From the IMG/VR virus record IMGVR_UViG_3300016471_000260, positions 1-32,646 of that record: a stretch of DNA of 32,646 bases; one strand, given 5' to 3'. The stretch's first letter is position 1. Every line of letters begins with the position of its first letter. The translations under genes and the position numbers were made by a program. Below the pieces are notes generated by a model. That model did no database searches. It worked only from the letters and a program-made list of their open reading frames with translations, and had not been told where the DNA came from. This document shows, one piece after another, positions 27,033-32,646 of this stretch. Source of the stretch: a virus (taxonomy: Duplodnaviria; Caudoviricetes).

Positions 27033-28214
27033 TTAAACTCCAATGGCAAAATAAAATACATTTGCACCTGTACCAGTACTCTGATTTCTTACAGTAGCAC
27101 CAGATGTGGTAGGATTAGCAGAATGATATGGATTATTTGCAGCAGCAACGGCAGCAGTTAATTGTACACTGTATGGAACAGCAGTGAATGCCCGAGTAAA
27201 TGTAATTGTTCCTGCAATTGTATTGGCTGATACCCATCCCCAGTTAGCCAGTAATCCATTTGGAAGATATGAGAATCCATTTGCTGCTAATGTTGGAGTT
27301 CCAATATTTAGTCCAGTATTTGCAGTAATTGTTAGATTGGCTGGATTGACGATAGAAATACTTGCAGAAGAGTTCTGAACTAAAAGTGAATTTGAAGTTA
27401 AAATTGAATTGGCTGTACCATTACCAATTCTTAAATTAGAAGCATTGGCTACTGCTGTGGATGTTGAATTTGTAAATGTTAAGCTGGAGACATTTGCTAT
27501 ATTGGTTGTCCAATTAATTCCTGTTCCATTTGAACTTAGAATTGCACCGGATGCACCATTTGATCCATTGGCTACAAGAGCCGTAGAATTTGCGATAACA
27601 AAAAGATTTGAATGTGTAACTCTGAATTTTTCATTGACAGCTAATGTGCCACCAGCAAAGAACACTAGATTGGTTGATGTTTTGCCAGTTCCAATTGCAA
27701 GATTTGTATTTCCTGTATAGATATATGCATCAGATGGTCCATTGATTGTCCAATCGGCTTGATTATAATTATTTCCATTGATACCCATATCAATATAATT
27801 ATTAGCCAACATTCCTAATGTATCATATAAAATAAAATCAGAACTTGCATTGTTGCCAGTATTAATATTATTCAGAGACACTTGAATATAATTGTTTACA
27901 TTACCGAAAAATTGTGCAACAGAATCATTTGCAGAATCATAAAAAATTGCGGCATTTCCTGTCGTATTACCTGCTGTAAATATTCCATTCGTGGTAATGG
28001 TAGGAGCGGATACTGTTCCTGTTCCGAAGAAAGAAGCACCTACTGCATTTCCAGACTTATCGATAGTAAATCGATTTACCGATCCCACTTGAAGTCTAAG
28101 CAAATGAGAATTAGCCAAAGATGCTGTATCAGTGACATTCATTCCAATAGCAGCATACTGCGTTGTTGGAACCGTCCAAAGATCGCTCATATTGTAAATG
28201 TAGGTATTAGCCAT
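27033..28214 (-). CDS. Putative fibre protein with C-terminal gp53-like domain
   Basis: C-terminal ANGFSYLPNGLLANWG...TITFTRAFT...VFYFAIGV; YIDMGIN motif; ANGSNGASGAILSSNGTG repeat shared with the other fibres. Confidence 0.7.
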   Translation of the reverse strand: MANTYIYNMSDLWTVPTTQYAAIGMNVTDTASLANSHLLRLQVGSVNRFTIDKSGNAVGASFFGTGTVSAPTITTNGIFTAGNTTGNAAIFYDSANDSVAQFFGNVNNYIQVSLNNINTGNNASSDFILYDTLGMLANNYIDMGINGNNYNQADWTINGPSDAYIYTGNTNLAIGTGKTSTNLVFFAGGTLAVNEKFRVTHSNLFVIANSTALVANGSNGASGAILSSNGTGINWTTNIANVSSLTFTNSTSTAVANASNLRIGNGTANSILTSNSLLVQNSSASISIVNPANLTITANTGLNIGTPTLAANGFSYLPNGLLANWGWVSANTIAGTITFTRAFTAVPYSVQLTAAVAAANNPYHSANPTTSGATVRNQSTGTGANVFYFAIGV

Positions 28215-28224
28215 TCTATCCTTC

Positions 28225-31128
28225 CTAATCTTCTCTTAATAAAATTGCTTGATCTTGATAGTCTACCATTGTATTCTCAAATCTATCAACTACTAAAATT
28301 CCTGTATAACCGCTGACTGTATAATTTCTATTTATCTGAATAATATTGTTTCCTTGTCTATCCAGCAAATAGCTGTTGTCTCTATCGAGAATATAAGAAT
28401 CTTTATAATTTATCGTTGTTGGAACTAGTGGAGTAAATGATCTTGAATCAATCAAGACTTTACCGAACATTCTTGTCCCAACAACATGCGCTAATTGTTT
28501 AATAATATCGATGTATTTAGATAGAGATAATCGAGTTTGTATTTCATATGAAAAGCTTTGATAGTATTCACCATCGATAATGTACTTGTCAGAATTTAAC
28601 ATTCCCTGAGTATTTTTCCAATATCCTTCTCCGATGCCTTCATTGATTACATTTGCTGTTCCTGTGATGGCATAGATATTGTTATTATTAATAAGTTCAA
28701 TTGTATCTCCGGGCTGATGACCATATCCAGAATTAATAACTTCTAGTCTTGTAGCAATACCCTTTGCGGTACTAACATTAGCAGTAACGATTGCATTATT
28801 ACCCATTGCAAGTGAGTTCACATTCTGATAAGCAGCAACAATATTAGCTGATCCACCGCTCGAACTGATAATTACACTTCCACTTGTAAATGACTCATTA
28901 AATGAATCTCTCTTGATTTCTAATGTATTAGGATCAGGGAATGAGATAATATGTCCTCTCGAAACTCTAGTAACATTGACTGGAGAAGCAATAGTAACAT
29001 TAGCTGTTGAACCGGAACTCAATCCCAGAATGGCTTGACCGCCTGCATTATTTGCAATAATATTACCGATCATATCTTTCAATACCATTGTTGAAGTTGA
29101 TGTATTGATTGAATCGATTGTTGCAAATGAGTTAGCAGGTAAACCTACATTTTGAGTAATACCTTCACCAACTGTAAATGCACCTGTATTTGCATTGTAT
29201 CCCATATTAATAGTAGGAACAGTTACATTTTGAGTTAGTGAATCACCAATAGAGAAAATGCCTGTTTTGTTTGTAATTTCTAGAATGATATTCTTTCTAT
29301 TATATCCAGCAATAATATCATTTCTAATAAGAACAAATGGCTTTGTATCATAATTGCTTCCTGGATTTACAGCTTTCAATGATGCAATTGTTCCGATTGT
29401 AAATACATTGTTATCAAGAACATCATTTATATAAGCAGTAAATCCTTTGCCCTGATCTTTTGGAAATCCATATTGTCCTAAATTGTACTTAAATGCTGCT
29501 GTAGTCTGAGATAATAGTGCATTATTCGTAAGGACAAGAGATGTAGCACTTGAGATAGAATTTACTGAGCCAATATACACATTTGATGAATCATATAATC
29601 CAGAACCTACAATTAATTGAGTTGTGAAATTAGTACCAGATCCTGTTACTGCATTTGTTGCAGTACTTGTAGTAATGCTTCCTGTTCCTGTTGTCAATCC
29701 TACATTAGAATTGCCGCCTGTTATAAGAAGATTCAAGTATGGAATTGCACCTACATTATTATCTCCGATAAAATCTGTAAATAATTTTAATACTTCTGTA
29801 TCTTTCAATGAACCAATATCAAAGTTTGCACCTGATCCAAAACTAATTTTTGAAACATTTGCAACGAGATTTGAACTAGCAACACCAGTATTACTTACAA
29901 TATATGCGCCATTTCCATAGAATGTATTATTGATATTATGAAGACCAACTGCGGTGCTATTTGATCCTGTTACTAATCCAGTTGCTGTTGAATTTGTAAC
30001 AGTATATGCAGTAAATGAAATAGCATTAGCTTCAGTTTTAATTTCAGATGCAGAGAAGAAGTTACCAGTCAAGACATTGATAATGAATGTATTAGGAGCA
30101 GAAGCAATAGCTGCAACTTTACCTGTGGCTACTTGTGTTACTCCACTCCAACCATAAACATTTGTACTGAGTAATGCTGCGGTATTAATACTAGCTGGAC
30201 TTGTAATTGAAAATAAAATAGTATTAAGTGGCTGAGTTACGACTTCATAGATAAAATATTGATTATTTGGAGTTCTGTTTTCAGTAGTTAGAACTTTTTC
30301 TGATATTTTTACTTGACCAGCTACATTTGAATATCCTGATCCACCATCAACAAGAGTAAAAATAACTCTTCCTGTACCATCTTCAACTGCAGCTACTCTG
30401 GCTTTTCCGCCTTTACCATTCGTTGATGTATATACATCATATACATCACCAACTCTATTATTGGCACCACCATCCGTAATTAAAATTGATGTAAGAGATC
30501 CGATAACTTTAGGTGCATTTAAAAAATTACCATCATCTGTGATGACTTCATCATACTGAAAGTTTCCATCAACTCCGCTAATTGTAATAATATCAATAAG
30601 TCTTGAATTGATTACTTTGGTATAAACAGATTCAACGAATGCTTGAGCACCAGACTCTGATCCAAATATTCTTCTGCCTATAAAGCTTTTCGATCTTTCG
30701 GTGTGTTCAACTTCAATATAATTAGGAACTGTCCATATACCATCAGATGGTTTTAAAATATCAGTACCGGGCACATAAACTTCAATATCATCATCAAAGA
30801 GTAATCTGAATAGAAGTTGTAATCCTCTTGTACTGCCTTTACTTTGATAAAAGTCCTTGATATTCTTGATCATGAACCGCTTATTGGCGGCTGTGATCGA
30901 AGGGAAATTTACCATAAATTCATTTTTGAATGAAGATACAAACTGCTCTAGTGTATTGTCAATATCAATATATTCTAGTAAATTTTTGGATGCATTTATA
31001 GTATAACCTTCTTGTTCCATCCATTCATAGTATGCTCTTATGAATGCAATGAACTTCTCATTCTCTGCTTGATAAAACTGAGGAAACTGAGTTTCAACAA
31101 GATTAGAGACATACTTGTCAATCTGCAT
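28225..31128 (-). CDS. gp7: Baseplate wedge initiator, T4 gp7-like
   Basis: QFPQFY...FIAFIRAYYEWME, DIDNTLEQF, IKDFYQSKGS...LLFRLLF, ILKPSDGIW and C-terminal DGEYYQSFSYEI...LAHVVGTRMFG; follows gp6. Confidence 0.85.
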   Translation of the reverse strand: MQIDKYVSNLVETQFPQFYQAENEKFIAFIRAYYEWMEQEGYTINASKNLLEYIDIDNTLEQFVSSFKNEFMVNFPSITAANKRFMIKNIKDFYQSKGSTRGLQLLFRLLFDDDIEVYVPGTDILKPSDGIWTVPNYIEVEHTERSKSFIGRRIFGSESGAQAFVESVYTKVINSRLIDIITISGVDGNFQYDEVITDDGNFLNAPKVIGSLTSILITDGGANNRVGDVYDVYTSTNGKGGKARVAAVEDGTGRVIFTLVDGGSGYSNVAGQVKISEKVLTTENRTPNNQYFIYEVVTQPLNTILFSITSPASINTAALLSTNVYGWSGVTQVATGKVAAIASAPNTFIINVLTGNFFSASEIKTEANAISFTAYTVTNSTATGLVTGSNSTAVGLHNINNTFYGNGAYIVSNTGVASSNLVANVSKISFGSGANFDIGSLKDTEVLKLFTDFIGDNNVGAIPYLNLLITGGNSNVGLTTGTGSITTSTATNAVTGSGTNFTTQLIVGSGLYDSSNVYIGSVNSISSATSLVLTNNALLSQTTAAFKYNLGQYGFPKDQGKGFTAYINDVLDNNVFTIGTIASLKAVNPGSNYDTKPFVLIRNDIIAGYNRKNIILEITNKTGIFSIGDSLTQNVTVPTINMGYNANTGAFTVGEGITQNVGLPANSFATIDSINTSTSTMVLKDMIGNIIANNAGGQAILGLSSGSTANVTIASPVNVTRVSRGHIISFPDPNTLEIKRDSFNESFTSGSVIISSSGGSANIVAAYQNVNSLAMGNNAIVTANVSTAKGIATRLEVINSGYGHQPGDTIELINNNNIYAITGTANVINEGIGEGYWKNTQGMLNSDKYIIDGEYYQSFSYEIQTRLSLSKYIDIIKQLAHVVGTRMFGKVLIDSRSFTPLVPTTINYKDSYILDRDNSYLLDRQGNNIIQINRNYTVSGYTGILVVDRFENTMVDYQDQAILLRED

Positions 31129-32646
31129 TAGATTCTGCTTCCTGTGACATTGATATCTACATTATTAAAATCAATTTCCATAATTAAATTCTGGAATGTG
31201 CCCACATCTCTTTCAGCAGAACTTGCAAATATTGAGATAAATCCACCTTCAAACTCAGATACATTTAAATTTGTTATACTGATGATTCCTAATGTATAAT
31301 CAACTGTTCCAATAGATATGACATTTGTTACTGTTGAATCTGCTGTCGATATAATCTTGATTATTCCATTTCCATCGTCTTTTAGTGTACATTCGAGATT
31401 ATTGTAAGTAAATGCAGTTGATAAAATCGATCCAGGAATTAATGCATTCTGATACTTCAATGTATAAGATTCATTTATATTCAGTGTAGGAGATATTTTC
31501 TTGATGAGTGTTGTTTCAGTCTCATTTTTAAAAATAGAATTATCTGTATTATCAATAGTGGCTAAAAGCTGACTGTATCTGAATTTAGCATTAAACTTCT
31601 CAAGATTAGTTGATCCATAATCTTGAATTGCAGAAAGAATTTTGCCCTGGATATCAGATGTTGATAAAGGACTCATATTAAGATTGTAAGTGATATTTGA
31701 ATTTATTCCAATGAATGTATACTCCGCTGCGATAACTATTGGAGTAATTGAGATGGGTGCTCTCGTAGAGATAAAGCTTTGAATTTTATTCTTTTGGAAA
31801 TCGGATAGCCCAACAGCATTAAGAATATCAACAGCAATATAAACTCTTCCATAATCAGGCGGTGTTAATTCTTCTCCACCATAAACATAAACGTCCCTGA
31901 TCTCAGGAAATTGAGCAAAAAGAATATTTCTATAATCTTCTGCAGTTACTGCTCTCTCTAAAGTTTGATATGCACGCGGAGCATTAAATCGAATTGAAGA
32001 ATTGGATTCAGGTGCAACACCGCCTGTTGCTACAGCCAGAGTTCCATTTGCTTGTGAACTTGTTGTTACAGAATATGAACTATATCCACCAATACTGCTT
32101 GTTGATTTAAATTTAGAAATACCATTAGGCAAATCTTTATTACATGCAAGATATTTTGCTGTGATCTTAGATCCATTTACTGGAGCATAACCACTAATAT
32201 TATCTCCAAATAGAATTTCATAATTATCTCCTGTGGCTTGCAGGAAGTATGCTTTTGTGGTTTCTTTGACTCCAAAGAGAGTTGAATAATACGTCCACTT
32301 CTCTTCAATACCAAGATCATTTGTTGCTGTTACAACAAGAGTTGTGGTATCAATATTTGGATTTGATAAAATATATCTTTGATTCTGAATTGCAGTATTA
32401 ACAACAAAAAATTCAGTAACAGGAACTCCTTCGTAAATCGGAATATTTGTACTGATGTATGCACCGCCTACCGGTGATATAATAGTATTACTTTGAGTTA
32501 TAAATGTAAAGACATTATTTCCATTTGTACCTTGAAACTTTTGTCCAGCTGGCATAAAAATAAAAGGAGGAGTATCATTAGGAAATACCTGGACATCGAT
32601 CATAGCCTGAGAACTTCTAGCAGATCGAGGCATATAGTTAATATCT
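31128..32646 (-). CDS. gp6: Baseplate wedge subunit, T4 gp6-like (5' end outside the window)
   Basis: NYMPRSARSS, YEILFGD, ESNSSIRFNAPRAYQTLERAVTAEDY, VYGGEELTPPDYGRVYI, GTVDYTLG. The frame is open to the window edge, so the ATG at 32633 is internal. Confidence 0.95.
   Translation of the reverse strand, partial: DINYMPRSARSSQAMIDVQVFPNDTPPFIFMPAGQKFQGTNGNNVFTFITQSNTIISPVGGAYISTNIPIYEGVPVTEFFVVNTAIQNQRYILSNPNIDTTTLVVTATNDLGIEEKWTYYSTLFGVKETTKAYFLQATGDNYEILFGDNISGYAPVNGSKITAKYLACNKDLPNGISKFKSTSSIGGYSSYSVTTSSQANGTLAVATGGVAPESNSSIRFNAPRAYQTLERAVTAEDYRNILFAQFPEIRDVYVYGGEELTPPDYGRVYIAVDILNAVGLSDFQKNKIQSFISTRAPISITPIVIAAEYTFIGINSNITYNLNMSPLSTSDIQGKILSAIQDYGSTNLEKFNAKFRYSQLLATIDNTDNSIFKNETETTLIKKISPTLNINESYTLKYQNALIPGSILSTAFTYNNLECTLKDDGNGIIKIISTADSTVTNVISIGTVDYTLGIISITNLNVSEFEGGFISIFASSAERDVGTFQNLIMEIDFNNVDINVTGSRI

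Noticed and set aside
2920-32190. Remaining short plus-strand and alternate-frame ORFs in the track (for example 15892..16362, 21326..21730, 27882..28316)
   Set aside because: They are nested within long minus-strand structural genes, have no recognisable motifs, and are expected from codon bias.
32631-32633. ATG as the true start of gp6
   Set aside because: It lies inside the conserved NY.PRS motif and the frame stays open to the window edge.
1-32646. Genome-wide stop-codon reassignment (genetic code 4, 15 or 25)
   Set aside because: The two internal stops are different codons, each seen once. TAA ends most genes, TAG ends gp7, gp8 and the 9095 gene, and TGA ends the 9452 gene at sensible positions.
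1-32646. tRNA, rRNA, CRISPR array, intron, intein or invertible segment
   Set aside because: None recognised by eye: intergenic spaces are very short, and no spaced repeats, long inverted repeats or recombinase gene were seen.

Overview
AT-rich window from a large T4-like (Tevenvirinae-related) myovirus, covering the late virion-morphogenesis region. Nearly all genes lie on the minus strand, in this transcription order: baseplate wedge gp6 (5'-truncated), gp7, a fibre with a gp53-like tip, gp8, a VrlC/DUF4815-type structural protein split over three genes (the middle one PA14-like), a small conserved protein, an accessory fibre/adhesin block of about 14 kb, then neck gp13, gp14 and tail terminator gp15 (3'-truncated). 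Main observations: (1) two long fibre-like genes are each a single reading frame broken by one in-frame stop (TGA at 13422-13424, TAA at 4545-4547), which the ORF track reports as four genes; (2) gp15 has a perfect Shine-Dalgarno (SD) but only an ATT at its conserved start; (3) an antisense, truncated GIY-YIG endonuclease remnant with its own late promoter and structured leader sits between gp14 and gp15; (4) a small HExxH metallopeptidase carries a T4-type capsid-targeting N-terminus; (5) a three-unit glycine-rich adhesin candidate follows the TGA-interrupted fibre. Family assignments come from motif recognition and synteny only; no searches were run.
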